From positions 22,353,867-22,417,866 of the forward strand of contig OZ316894.1 in NCBI GenBank assembly GCA_973895155.1: 64,000 bases of DNA, given 5' to 3'. The translations under genes and the position numbers were made by a program. Within the stretch, counting starts at the first letter, position 1, and every line of letters starts with the position of its first letter. The DNA is from Marsupella aquatica. Taxonomy: Eukaryota > Plantae > Marchantiophyta. Under the pieces are notes generated by a model. It did no database searches. It had not been told where the DNA came from and saw nothing but the letters and a program-made list of their open reading frames with translations. This document shows positions 22,022-33,100 of this stretch, in pieces.

Positions 22022-23367
22022 ATTGTCCCTGCTACTGCTCCCCACTTAGCCGTTTCATCCAATTGGTCTACATCCTTTACTTCCTCCGGAATTGCAGCTA
22101 AAAAGGTGGATTCTATTGTAAAGCAGTCCTCGACCTCTTCGTCTTCTTCTTCCAAGTCACCTTCCATTGGTTCTTGCCATAATCCGTTGGGGGGTACCTC
22201 TGGTCCAAAGACACCTTCTTCGGTTAGGTTAGTGAGGCATTCTAACCAACGTACTTCATCGGCTGACTCCAGTCCACTGTCGTACCCATCTATTTCCCTT
22301 ATGCTTTTCCTACGGTCATCCTTAATGTCCCAGGATACCGTGATAGAGGGGGTCCCGAAAGTGAACTGCTTTTTACCCCAATCTTCTATTACCTCGGCTA
22401 GGTACAGCCATGGCCTACCAATCAATAGCCGGAATGACGTAGGATTTACCGGCTTCATTACTACATAGTTAATGCTAAAGAAGATACCTCCTATCTCTGT
22501 CTTGATGCCGGTTAACACTCTCGTCGGAATGACCTGATATCCATTGGCCATGTTCAACACTCTTCCAGTCATCTCCGGTGTTAGACCCCACCCTTTTGCT
22601 GTTGAATCAATCATAATACATACCCCTGATCCTCCATCGATGGGTACCCGTAGTAATAATTCTCCTTGAATCATTAATGGTAATGCTGGGGCTCCTTGAT
22701 CTTCTTCTATCATTAGTACGTCGGATCTGGTTGCTACCTTGGGTAATCTCGGCTTGCCGAGAATAGCCTTCCTTAATTGCTTCTGGAAGTACGGGCTATT
22801 TTTCAATAGTTGACCTACTGTTGCCGAGACTCTAGATTCTAGTACATCTTTAGCCAGGTCATAGGGAACAATCGGCTTCTCTTCTGGTGGTGTTTCCGTC
22901 TTGGATTCGGCCAGTTTTGCCACGCTAGTCTCCACAGCTGTTGGGTCTTCCGAAGCAAACAATGCTTTTGCTCGTTTTACATCCTTGGCAATGGCTTCGG
23001 TATTCTCCAGGGTTTCTAATTCTCTTAGTTGTTCCTTAACACTAGCCGTAACAGAGGGGTAGAACAACTTAGGATGATCTCGATTGAAGTCGCTATCTTG
23101 TGAAGGATTGGTTTCACTGGTGGGCTCATGGCTTACCTGTATTGCCGGAGCCCTCCCTTCTCCTTCTGTTGATGTTGACGAAGAGTCGATCCTTTCCTCC
23201 GTAACCTTCCCTTTATTTTTGGCCAGCCCATCCCACCTTTCCTTCCTTCTGGTAGATCGAGTAGAGACCCGGTAGCAATCATGATCTAAATCCTCCTCTG
23301 AGAAGGTTGATAGGGCTTTGGCCTCATCATCAGATGGTACGAACTCTGCCTCGGCATCCTCTTGCCA
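21952..23367 (-). CDS. Aspartic protease region, in the gag frame after a TGA
   Basis: IDGGSGVCIM and LLIGRPWL motifs. The frame is open from 23367 to TAA at 21952. Confidence 0.85.
   Translation of the reverse strand, partial: WQEDAEAEFVPSDDEAKALSTFSEEDLDHDCYRVSTRSTRRKERWDGLAKNKGKVTEERIDSSSTSTEGEGRAPAIQVSHEPTSETNPSQDSDFNRDHPKLFYPSVTASVKEQLRELETLENTEAIAKDVKRAKALFASEDPTAVETSVAKLAESKTETPPEEKPIVPYDLAKDVLESRVSATVGQLLKNSPYFQKQLRKAILGKPRLPKVATRSDVLMIEEDQGAPALPLMIQGELLLRVPIDGGSGVCIMIDSTAKGWGLTPEMTGRVLNMANGYQVIPTRVLTGIKTEIGGIFFSINYVVMKPVNPTSFRLLIGRPWLYLAEVIEDWGKKQFTFGTPSITVSWDIKDDRRKSIREIDGYDSGLESADEVRWLECLTNLTEEGVFGPEVPPNGLWQEPMEGDLEEEDEEVEDCFTIESTFLAAIPEEVKDVDQLDETAKWGAVAGTMDFLQALWQSQRGPQRHRSSARN
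21975..22021 (-). promoter_or_regulatory. Candidate programmed -1 ribosomal frameshift signal (PR to RT)
   Basis: In-frame G_GAT_TTT (22021..22015), 5-nt spacer, perfect 10-bp stem GGCGTTGTGG/CCACAACGCC with 15-nt loop. The RT frame is -1 relative to PR and the two overlap only here. Confidence 0.75.
22037..22048 (-). promoter_or_regulatory. Candidate central polypurine tract
   Basis: TAAGTGGGGAGC identical to 18793..18804, ~140 bp from the element midpoint (21903). Confidence 0.55.
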
Positions 23368-24945
23368 TCATAGTTCGATGTGGTTGATTTGAACTCCTCC
23401 GGGGGTAGTACCTGGCGGTAAGATCTTGATCGGCAAAAGCTTATGATTTGCGGCCAGGCCTGCCAACCAAGTAGGACATTGCCCTAGCATATGACCTTCC
23501 TGTCGGCATCCCATACATAGCTGAGCTGGTTGTCCATCACCCTGTTTGCGTGCATTCGGGCATTCTCTAGCAAAATGGCCAGGTTGACCACAATTATAGC
23601 ACGCCGCAAATCTTTGCACATTCGGCCTAGGAGGTACTGACGGGTTCTGAATAATCCGAGGATACATCTCTCCTGGATTGTTCCTTAACCCTGACCACAG
23701 AGATGCAGGTCTGTTGGATAGGTCTCGTGCTCCAGTCTCACTGATGCCGAAAACACTATCAGCGGCATCTCCCAAAAAGTACTCTACTTCTCCCTGACAT
23801 GGTCTGATCTCGGCCACATGCCGAACATGATTAGTATTAAGCTTAGGACACGCATCTTTATGGTGTCCGGTTTTATAACATAAGGCACACCATACAGAGC
23901 TATCCTCCTGTACTACCTTCTTCTTTGGTTTTACCTCTGCAATGATAGCCTTAAGTTGCTCGGTAAGGGCTACGATGTTATCTGGTGGCTTAGCCTCCAT
24001 CTTGACTTTCGTCTTCCCTCTCCTTCTGCCCTTCCTTTTCCTAGTTTTTTCTTCTTCAGAACTAGAAGATGACTCACTCTTGCTACTCCCACTATCCGAG
24101 CTTGACTTATCACTTCTAGACTTCTTGGAATGTTTCTTCTTCTTATCTTTTTTCTTATGGGGTGATCCCTCCTCTGATGAGGAACTCTCAGACTTAAGCT
24201 GTTTCTTCCGGCTTGTGATATCTGCATTAATGTATAATTGAATATCCTTAATTGCTTCGGCTAAAGTCTCCGGGTTCTCCTTCCTAATTGCAAAACTCAT
24301 CTTCTGTGGCAAAGCATTCACCAACCATTGAAGTTGCATACCTTCAGATGCATTGGTCTTTGTACGTCTTACCAGTTTCTGAAAGCGTTGCAAGAACTTC
24401 CTGAAGGATTTGTTCTCCTTGAACCGAAGTTGTCCCAACTTCAGCACTGCTAGTTCTGAAGTTCCAATGGGTCGAAACTCCTTAACAAAGAGTGTTTTGA
24501 AGATATCCCAGATGGCTTGATCTTCCACATCTAATGCTCTGTACCAAGGCCTAGCCTCACCCTTGAACAGGCCGGGAAGAATCTGCATCTTGATGGCCGA
24601 TTCTCCATTTGCTGCAGCGGTTCCCTCGAAATCATCCAACCATTCGTCCGGATCCTCATCTCCTCTCCCATGAAATGCCTTGTAATGTATGCGCGACCGC
24701 TGGCTCAATCTGGTCCCTGGCCTCTCGTCTGGCCGTGCCTCTGGTTCCCCCATGTCGGTTGGAGACTCACTTCTCCTTACCGACTCTTCTTCTGGTATGT
24801 CTTCTTCGACGCCACTTCCAGTTTCGGAGCTACCAGCTCTTTCTGCCCCTCTCAGTCGTTGTGTATCATGCCACCCGGCGAGCTGCTGCAGTCGAGCTCT
24901 CTCCCGTTGAATCACTCTTTCTTCCCTCGGCGTAAGGTCAGTCAT
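23368..24945 (-). CDS. gag: Gag with three CCHC zinc knuckles
   Basis: FHGRGDEDPDEWLDDFE..ARPWY capsid motif; CALCYKTGHHKDAC, CYNCGQPGHFAREC, CMGCRQEGHMLGQC. Confidence 0.95.
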   Translation of the reverse strand: MTDLTPREERVIQRERARLQQLAGWHDTQRLRGAERAGSSETGSGVEEDIPEEESVRRSESPTDMGEPEARPDERPGTRLSQRSRIHYKAFHGRGDEDPDEWLDDFEGTAAANGESAIKMQILPGLFKGEARPWYRALDVEDQAIWDIFKTLFVKEFRPIGTSELAVLKLGQLRFKENKSFRKFLQRFQKLVRRTKTNASEGMQLQWLVNALPQKMSFAIRKENPETLAEAIKDIQLYINADITSRKKQLKSESSSSEEGSPHKKKDKKKKHSKKSRSDKSSSDSGSSKSESSSSSEEEKTRKRKGRRRGKTKVKMEAKPPDNIVALTEQLKAIIAEVKPKKKVVQEDSSVWCALCYKTGHHKDACPKLNTNHVRHVAEIRPCQGEVEYFLGDAADSVFGISETGARDLSNRPASLWSGLRNNPGEMYPRIIQNPSVPPRPNVQRFAACYNCGQPGHFARECPNARKQGDGQPAQLCMGCRQEGHMLGQCPTWLAGLAANHKLLPIKILPPGTTPGGVQINHIEL

Positions 24946-24992
24946 TACCTACGCCTCCGTTCTAACTTCATATCTCACGGCTTAAGAAATGC

Positions 24993-25010
24993 CCCCTCCA
25001 TCTAGCGCCA
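24993..25010 (-). promoter_or_regulatory. Primer binding site (cognate tRNA not assigned)
   Basis: TGGCGCTAGATGGAGGGG begins 4 nt (TTTT) after the CA end of the 5' LTR. Confidence 0.85.
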
Positions 25011-25205
25011 AAAATGTGGTGCGTCCCATGGCTCCCTAAACCCAAGAAACCCCCCAGCTCAAGCCGATTCCCGCAGGTTTTGTGCTTGGCAAGGCCGTTT
25101 CCGCGGCTTAGCGGCATGGGACGCTGCTAACCTTCTACTACTACTATTAACATTTTACACACATATACTGGACAGATCCTTCATCGGGTCATGAGATACG
25201 TAGCC

Positions 25206-25220
25206 GGCCTAATATAGGCC
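25206..25220 (-). promoter_or_regulatory. Candidate LTR TATA element GGCCTATATTAGGCC (copy at 14331..14345)
   Basis: TATA-like core in GGCC flanks ~190 bp before the LTR 3' end and downstream of the LTR ORF. Confidence 0.4.
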
Positions 25221-25926
25221 TTCCCCTGTCTTCCCCTGTCTTCTTGTTAGGTATGTTTGGATTCCGCCGCCGGAATGATCCCCAATAGGCTTGGTTAAGC
25301 CGCTAAGACCTCTCTCAGCTCGACACATCCAACTCTCACTCCCCTGCTTACTTTCCTTCCTTCTGTTGATGTGGGCACTCTTCACACAAGTTAATGCGAC
25401 ACACAAATAGCAAAATGACTCATTCTGACTGAGTCATACCATGCACTTGCCATACAAACAGTACATCTCATACACAAGTTCTGCGAACTAAGCCGTGAGG
25501 CCAACTCTATTCAGCTCTTAGGCATGAGGAAACATGAATATACACAAGGGTCATTGTATGACTAACCGAGAGCTTCTCGTACTACTTGATCCCAGCCCGG
25601 CTGGTGCAAACTAAAAACTTGCTAAAGAAGAGGCCCTGAGCTCCCCGCTGCCCAGGTACTTATCCTGGTAGTGGATCCGCCATTCTTTGCATCGTAAGCC
25701 TAATCTACCTGACAGTAATCTACTTGCCCGAATCTACCTATGTACAGCAAGGCAGGAGCACAAGTGTTGCTCCTACCAGTGGGACCGCAATCCCACTAAG
25801 CTAAGTGTCAGGGCCGCTCCTGGTTCTGATCCTAATCCTAAACGTGGAGATCCGCGCCCGCCCTGCCCACTCACGCCTCCTCCCTCCACGTCCGCCCTCC
25901 CTAAAAGGAACGGCGCCCTTGCACCG

Positions 25927-28900
25927 TCACGACACCGGTGGTGGATCCTCAATGGACGCCCCCAACACTTCCTCCTCAGCCACTGCCGTTGGCCCGCCTA
26001 CTGACAGATTACCTGCCCTTGACCGAGTCAACTCTCCATCGGCCTGACTGGGTCCACCTTCGGCTTCAGCCTCGACACCGGCCTCGGCAATACCCACGGC
26101 TTCGGCCTCAGCCACTCCCACGGCTTCGGCTTCAGCCACTCCCTCGGCTTCGGCCTCCCCTTCCCCTAGGGTAGTTGGATCCTTAGCCGTGACCCTGTCT
26201 GGGGTCGGTGCTGGGTCTACCTCCTTGATCACCACGGCCTGTGAAGTCGTATTACTCCTTGACCCTAAAGGTTTCCGCTTCTTCTTCGTTGGTGGCTCGG
26301 CAGCTGGTCCCTTCCCCTTCCCACTTACTTCCGGCACTGGTGCAGTTGACGCGGCTTGTCCTTCGGCAATTACCACCCCTGGTAACTGGTTTGTCCCAAC
26401 GGGAGATGGACCTGCTGCAGCTAAGCATTTAAATATTGCGGCTTGTTTCTTCAGCCGCTCTGTTTGGTTGTCGGCCCGCCGCTGTAGGTTCTCCATCTTC
26501 CTCGTGATTTCCTCCAACTCCTCTTGGGTTTCATCCAGGTCCTTACGTGCCCCCTCCAGCTCGTTTTTGGCCTCCTCCTGCTCCCTGTGGGCTTCCTCCA
26601 ATTCCTTCTTCAAGGTAGCCCTCTCCTCCCGGGTTGCTCTTAGCTCCTTGTCGAGCTCTGCAATGATGACAGACTCCATCTGGTTCATCTTGGCGTAAGT
26701 CTGTTCGAGCATCTCGTCCTTCTCCCTTAGGTCGGCCTTGAAGCTGGCCGTCAGGGACGCAAGCTCCTGCTGCAGCGCCATAATCCCTTGATAGGATTTC
26801 CCTAACTCGACCTCCTTCTGCTCAAGGGCTCCGCGGATTTTCTCGAGCTCCCCTTTCAACGCCCATTCCTTTCTTTGGGTCTCCGCCATGGCCCGGCTGT
26901 TGGCTGTTATGTGGGCCTCCTCTGTATTCTTCAGCTCTTGCTTCCACTTCTCCCTCTCTTTGATCGTGTCGGCCAACTCTTCCTGCGTCTGAGTCAGTTT
27001 ATCCTTGATATTCTGATTATCAGCCTGCGCGGTGTCCAACTGCCCCTGCATGATGTTGAGCTCATGTCGTTTAATCCGCAGTTCATCTTGGGCTTTCTTG
27101 GCCGCCCTTAGATCTTCAATCTCGGCTTCCATCCTCCTAAGTCGCCGAATGACCTCGTCCTTCTTGCTTCTCTCTAAAGCCACCGCTTCTTCTAATTGGT
27201 GCTTCTCCAACTGCTCCCTATGGAAAAAGGGTCCTACCTCCAACTCCTCTCCAAAGATGCCGAGCGCAAGTTCCCCACACATCTCACCATACTCCATGGC
27301 TCTATTCTTAGCGTAGGTGGAGTAAGTAGAAGTGATCGGCATCGCCCATCGTGGCCTCTGCTCCCAAGCCGTCCTGCGGATCTCTTCAATCGTGGCTAGA
27401 GGTTTGCTTCCTTTTTCGGCTAGCCGCCTGATGTCCTCCGGCCAATCTCCTCCTGGTAAATCCTTTTCCTTAGCCAGGGCGGCCTCTTCCTCCTGCTTGA
27501 TTCGCTCCTGAAATTCCTGCACCGTCTGTTTTATGCCGTCGAAGCTCGGGGGAGCAACATCTGGTGGGGGAGACTCAGGGCTACTCTGCTGGTTGGGGTC
27601 CCCTCGCACTACCCTTGGAAGTGTGGGGACAAACCGGCCACAGGTCCTTACTCCTGGAACGTGATGGTCCGACCCATAGCCGGAATTATCATGGCTGCAG
27701 TCCTCCACTGCCTCCTCTACCTCTTGGACGTCCGGCTTCTCCCTCTCCTCTTCGTCGGTAGGAGCTTCAGGCAATTCTGCCTCAGATTCGGAGCTTGAGG
27801 TTCCCACGTACATTCGAACACCTGGCTTGGATTCCGGCCTGATTCTCTCCTTGTCTCCAGCAAAGGGGTTTTCTCTTGTGAGCCGGTGTAGGCCTACCTC
27901 TGTAGTAGTGTCCTGCATTGTTGCCGTTGCCGTTGTTGTTGCCGATGCCGATTTCTTTTCTTTCTCCAGTAGTTTCAGCAGACTCTGCATGCCTGGTTGC
28001 TGCATCGGCAAGTCTTCCTTCCTGGGCCTAAACACCTGCTCGATCGTAGGACTAACAGGTGGTTGAGGCTTCTTAGCCAACGGCCTCGGCGTTGGAGCTT
28101 CCTCGGGTGCCCTTACCTGCAGGGGAAGTACCGGGGCAAAAGTCTGACCTCTGGCATACCGGCACAACAGCGGCATGTGATAGCCAAGCCGCGACACGCT
28201 CCCCATGCCGATTACCTGCTGCTCCTCCTTTAAGATCTTCTTCAATTGGTTGAGGAGGTACCCGTTGTAGTCCCGGCTTGGGTCTGGCCTTTCTGCCAGA
28301 TAGACCTGTGCCTTGCCGATCTCTGCCCTCGGCAAGTTACAATGCATGGTCACCCGCAAGAAGTCGATCATCTCTCCTATGTGCGGGTTGGTGCAGGTGT
28401 TCCGGAAGAAGCCATTCTTCGTTGATGGCCCGGGGAACGACCGGAACTCCTTGTCAGGCAAGGTCTTCCTGGTATCAACTTTGGTCTTATTGCCTATCGG
28501 CAGGCCAAACACTTCGGCAATTACCTTGGGAGTAAGATAGAAATCCTTCCCATATATCCTCGTGCAATTGGTCTCGGGTTCCCATGACCCCACGAATTCT
28601 AATAGGTCTGACTCCGGTACCTCCGGCTTCAGCCATGGTAATCTTACAAAGGCCTCCAAGCCGGATCCGGCCATGAAGCCTTGGTACTTCTTGGTCTGCA
28701 TGGCCGTAAAGCATGCATCCTCCTCCCGTGCAAAATGTAGTTGCACCTCCACCGGTAGGGTTGCCGCCCAGCCCTTCCAGGTGTCATCTCTGGTTGGAAT
28801 GGCCTTGATGGGATCGACCTCCTCCTCTTCGGCTTCTCCCTGCCTCCTGCTCTGCTGCTCGGCTGGCTTCTTTGGTGCCGCCGACCTCGTTCTTTTTGCC

Positions 28901-29550
28901 GGGGTGGCTTCATCGTTGACGGCTCCCTTCCTCTTCATCTCTGCTGCCGTGGAGGTTTCTCCTAGCACCGTTGCCTGGGTCCACCTTTCCGTGCAACCCT
29001 TTAATTCCCAGTGTATGTCGTTGCAGTTCTTGATGGCCTCTCGGATGCCGACGACGCTGTCTTTGCAAAACAGAAGATCGTCGAGTTGATTGGAAGTAGG
29101 CGTCCACAGGAACTCGTCCTTGATGAGTTCGCCTCCTAAGAAAGCCGTCTTCTACAGCTCCCACAATCGAGCGAGCTCCTGCCGTTCTCGAGCTGCCCTT
29201 TCTGATTCCTCGTCCTCGTAAGTCTTGATGTACTCAGTTGCCCGTTCGAACAGGCATCCCCAGAAATGTGCCGCTTGATTGATGTTGCTCATACCCTCCT
29301 TAGGTCGATCGTCGGTATCTACTCTCTCCCCGAGTGCTTGCCTAAGCAGCTGACAGTAGTTGGCCTCCCGTAGTCGTCTGCCTAGTTCGTGCTCGCAAAT
29401 GAGCCACCATCTCCTGCAAGCGCTCCTTACCCCTCTCCTCTGCCGGTCCTTCTTCCCGTTGATCCTTCCTAGCCGCCGACGCTTAACGCGCCCTAACCCT
29501 AATCGGGTTTTCACCCTTAGCCTTACCTCCGGCCTCGGCCCGGGTTCCAT
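25927..29550 (-). CDS. Second copy of the LTR-encoded accessory protein, same in-frame TAG (29152..29154)
   Basis: Differs from the 15052..18675 copy at three residues (K/E, V/I, M/V). Confidence 0.8.
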
Positions 29551-29954
29551 GGTTGCCCCTAATTGTTTATATTTTCCTTGTTTTGTCACTATACTAAGGT
29601 GTTCCTAGGGTGCCTTCCTGCTTTACCCACTTAACCGGTCGAGTGATTCCTGTCTAGGCATCACAGTCTAAAGTGAGAGAACAAGACAATTAAATTAATA
29701 CTCTATGATCTCTCAAAGCTATTGAATGGACTTTCTTATAATTATTATTTTATTTGTCTTAGTATATTTTAATTCTAGAAAATGATGTCATTTCATTCCT
29801 TCTAGTAGGTTGGATATCATCCTAGTTAACTTTGTCTAGACACTATAGTCATTCCATTGTATTGGTGCTTAGTTAGATATCTTACTCAAGCTAAATGTTT
29901 TGAATATAGATGCTATCCAAGCTTATATGTTATTACCAGATTCTATCTATTTTC

Positions 29955-30140
29955 CAACCAAATGAACACTTTTATCACCCAAATGTTTTTTAATATCATC
30001 CAATTCAATATTTTACTTTCCCAAAATTTCATTTTTTTGTCCCCAAATTTACATTTAATGATGCTTGAATTTTCATTTTTCATCTTCCAAATTTACAATT
30101 TTCATGCCTAAAACTATGTTTTTAAATCGCCAAATTTCCC
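29955..30140 (+). repeat. Right subterminal degenerate repeats, ~22-bp period (CCAAA...TTTT)
   Basis: About nine units such as CCAAATGAACACTTTTATCAC, CCAAATGTTTTTTAATATCAT, CCAAAATTTCATTTTTTTGTCC. Same orientation as the left set. Confidence 0.65.
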
Positions 30141-30157
30141 TATATCCTTTATAATTT

Positions 30158-30180
30158 CAGTTTTAATGAATATAGTGATA
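30158..30180 (-). repeat. Right terminal inverted repeat
   Basis: CAGTTTTAATGAATATAGTGATA, reverse complement of 376..398. Confidence 0.85.
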
Positions 30181-33100
30181 CCTAAGAAATAGCAAATCAA
30201 ATAAAAGAGATAAATTACTTGATTAGAAATATAAAGATAAGAATATCAACATATATATTGTACCAAGCATTGCCAAGTCAGATTGGAAAATAGATCAATA
30301 TTAAGGTAGAGAAAAGCCAGAGCAAAACCCCCACCAAAACCAAGTTTAAAATGCCCAACTTTTCAATCCTGTCAACTGAAACCATGAACCTGGACCAAAA
30401 TAATAGAGAAAATCTGTTGTGCTAGCAACATTAAGAGGGGCAAGAAACAAATTCAAAATCTAGTAGTCCAAAGATGCACTGTCTTGAATGCACATTCAAA
30501 GAAAATATAAAACAAAAGTCTCCAGAGGACAAAGACCCAAAGATGAAAGTGTTTCTCAGGGTGGCTTTACAAGACGTTGGGGGCAGTTTCCACATTTTTT
30601 TGGTGTCCAAGATCTGATCAAGGCCATCCATTTGAGAGAAATTGCTGCTGTTCACTTTACAAAACCTTGGGGGCACTTTCAACCGAACCTGTTACCAATC
30701 CTACATGGAATGCAGTGGGGCCCAATTTTTGCTTATGTGGAGCACTCTTTTGTCCTAGATTTTAGACCACCTCTCTTGGTGGTCTCTTCTTCTGGCCGCT
30801 TGGTCCATTTCTATTTTAAGTCATTTGTAATAAAAAAGGGACCCACAAGTCCTTCATAAGATATTCTCTTCTCACATTTACAAAGACTTTAGCCAAAGAT
30901 TATGTGACATTCAGGTGGAGTGGGTCCTCAATCTGTCTTTTAGTCAATTAATCTGGCACCGGGACACTATATTTAGTGTGTGCAATGGCCCTCCAGTTTG
31001 CTTTGGTAAAAAAAACTCCCAAGTGCCCCCGACGTCTTGTAAAGTCCTCCTCAGGCACATTGAAACCAAAATATAAAGCAAAAGTCACCTGAGGACAAAA
31101 GCCCAGGTGAAAGTGCGCCTAATCATTAGAGTTATCCGTAATGTGCATGATTAAGGGCAATGCATTGTGACTTCCCCAGAAATTCTTGGGTGAGTTAAAC
31201 TAAACCGAAAGTTTCACTACTTGAGGGCGAGAAACAGGGTGAAACTTGTTTGTTGTCTCCCCAACTGTGTCGGGCCCTTCTCAGCACAAGTTAGGCCCAG
31301 GCCCAATGTTTCACTCCCATTGCTCCCCAGTACGTCCCAACATTCCTAGTGCATCCCTGCTTCGGCCCTCCATAGTTGCTAGCTGCATTGGCCAGGCCCT
31401 ACATTCTTTGCCTCCATTGCTGCAAGCTCAGTCGCACCATCACTGCAAGCTCTGCTACTGATCCCCTCTGCTACTCTGGATCCACTCTACTGCCAGCCTC
31501 TCCCTCTATTGCTGCGAGCTGCTAAGAATTATCAGCTCTCCATTGCTGTAAGTTGTAAGAATTATCCAATGCAAGCTGCTTCACAAGCTTACAAGCTGCA
31601 CCCCTCCGCTCAAGCTGCTTCCCTCCTCGCTACAAGATGCTTCTTGCAACCCTGGTAGTACGTAGCTTATCGCAAGTGAACTACTAAACTCTGTCACCTG
31701 ATTATTTGCTAATTAACCCCTTGTAGGGCAACTTCGGGAGAGTTTAAGGGAAACACACCAAAAAGTTTACATGGAGATAAAAATATATAACAAAAGTCTC
31801 CATGGGGCAAAAGACCCAATGGCGATAAGGCAACTCCAACTCTAAATAAAACTAATTAAACATGGGCGGTTCTCCAGCAGAGAATCTACTGTAAGCGAAA
31901 GGGGTACCACAGTAGGTTGTCGTGCCCCAATGCAACGAGAAAGCTGGCATTTAGGTACTATATAATACTTCTTAGCAGCTGGGATCCAATAGCTTAAAGG
32001 GGACATGTTCTGCTGGTATGCTGTCAAGCATACATTTATACAATTATAATCGTCGTTGGCCCCGAAAAATATGAATCACTCGTTGCATAAAGTTCTGGAA
32101 TCTTTCACAACCAAAACCAACAACCAACAACAACCCATGGACTGCACTATTTTCAATTGTTTGTTTCTTTTTGTGTAAATAAGTGTTTTTTGTATGGGGG
32201 ACTATACCTCTTTTAAAAATATTTATAAGTTGCCCATTTTAGTTATTTTTACTTGTTCCCAGTCTGTAGCAAGTAGTCGTTATAAATTCTCCCAGCTAAA
32301 CAGTTTGAAGTAAATTTTTTCCATCCAGCCAAAACATGTGTTTGCTGCTTATTTAGCAGTCCAAAATACAACACAGATCCCCCAAAACGGTGTTAAGTAA
32401 CTTTTTAGTTGCTTCCTATGGAGATAAAGGTCCAATGTACAACAAAGGTCCAAAGAGGACAAAGACCAAACTCAAATAAGAAGGCAAATGCAAACCCAAA
32501 ATCCTACACACAGAAAAAACTAAGAGATGAAGATTGCATATTGTAATAGTGTGATGAGCTCAATGGTTAACATGTACTGTAGTACATTAGGATGATGAGC
32601 TATAGTGTGATGAGCTAACGGTGCACATTACTCTGCAAGTGGGGCATGGAAGTTACACCGGGGATGTTTTCTACCTGTTTTTTGGAGGTCTTTGGGCTCC
32701 TTCTCCTTTGGACATGTGCAGGTTTAGTGTCGAGCAAATACCCGATCTCCCAATCTTGGTCTCATTCACTTCTGTTGACATTGAGTGTCTGCTGCACACA
32801 GAGGGCGTAGCCATACACTACTCTTCATTCATGCACTACACTCAATTGGGCTAAGGCTGTCATTTTAGGGCCTCTCAACAAATTCCTATTTGTGACCCTC
32901 CTATGTGGTTTATTTGGGAATTTTACCAGGCTTTCTATATTGGTTTTCAATAGGGCTTTTGTTCTTTTGGAGTTGTTTGGATTCTAAAGCTTTTGGCTCT
33001 TTGATCTTTATGCTTTTTCCCTGGTTTTCTCCCAATCGTTGGATCCTTTGCCTTTGGGATGTGTGGCAGCAGTTTACTAATAAATCCTAACAAAACCTAG

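Larger units (their letters stand above)
14140..29665 (-). mobile_element. Full-length Ty3/gypsy LTR retrotransposon, non-chromovirus (Athila-like RT), 15526 bp
   Basis: Two 4651-bp direct repeats at offset 10875 with TGTG..CACA ends, 5-bp TSD GTCTA (14135..14139 and 29666..29670), and gag-PR-RT-RH-IN order on the minus strand. Confidence 0.98.
25015..29665 (-). repeat. 5' LTR (4651 bp)
   Basis: Near-identical to 14140..18790 and followed on the minus strand by the PBS. Confidence 0.97.
376..30180. mobile_element. Large TIR DNA transposon (~14.3 kb without the nested LTR element) with CACTA-containing termini, transposase and cargo genes
   Basis: Perfect 23-bp inverted repeat at 376..398 and 30158..30180, similar subterminal repeats inside both ends, and an internal DDD-type transposase. 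TSD ambiguous: AT if the ends are CACTA..TAGTG (379..30177), CC if the full 23 bp is the TIR. Confidence 0.8.

Noticed and set aside
14140-29665. Segmental duplication or assembly artefact explaining the 4.65 kb repeat
   Set aside because: TG..CA ends, GTCTA TSD, adjacent PBS and PPT, and six differences between copies identify true LTRs.
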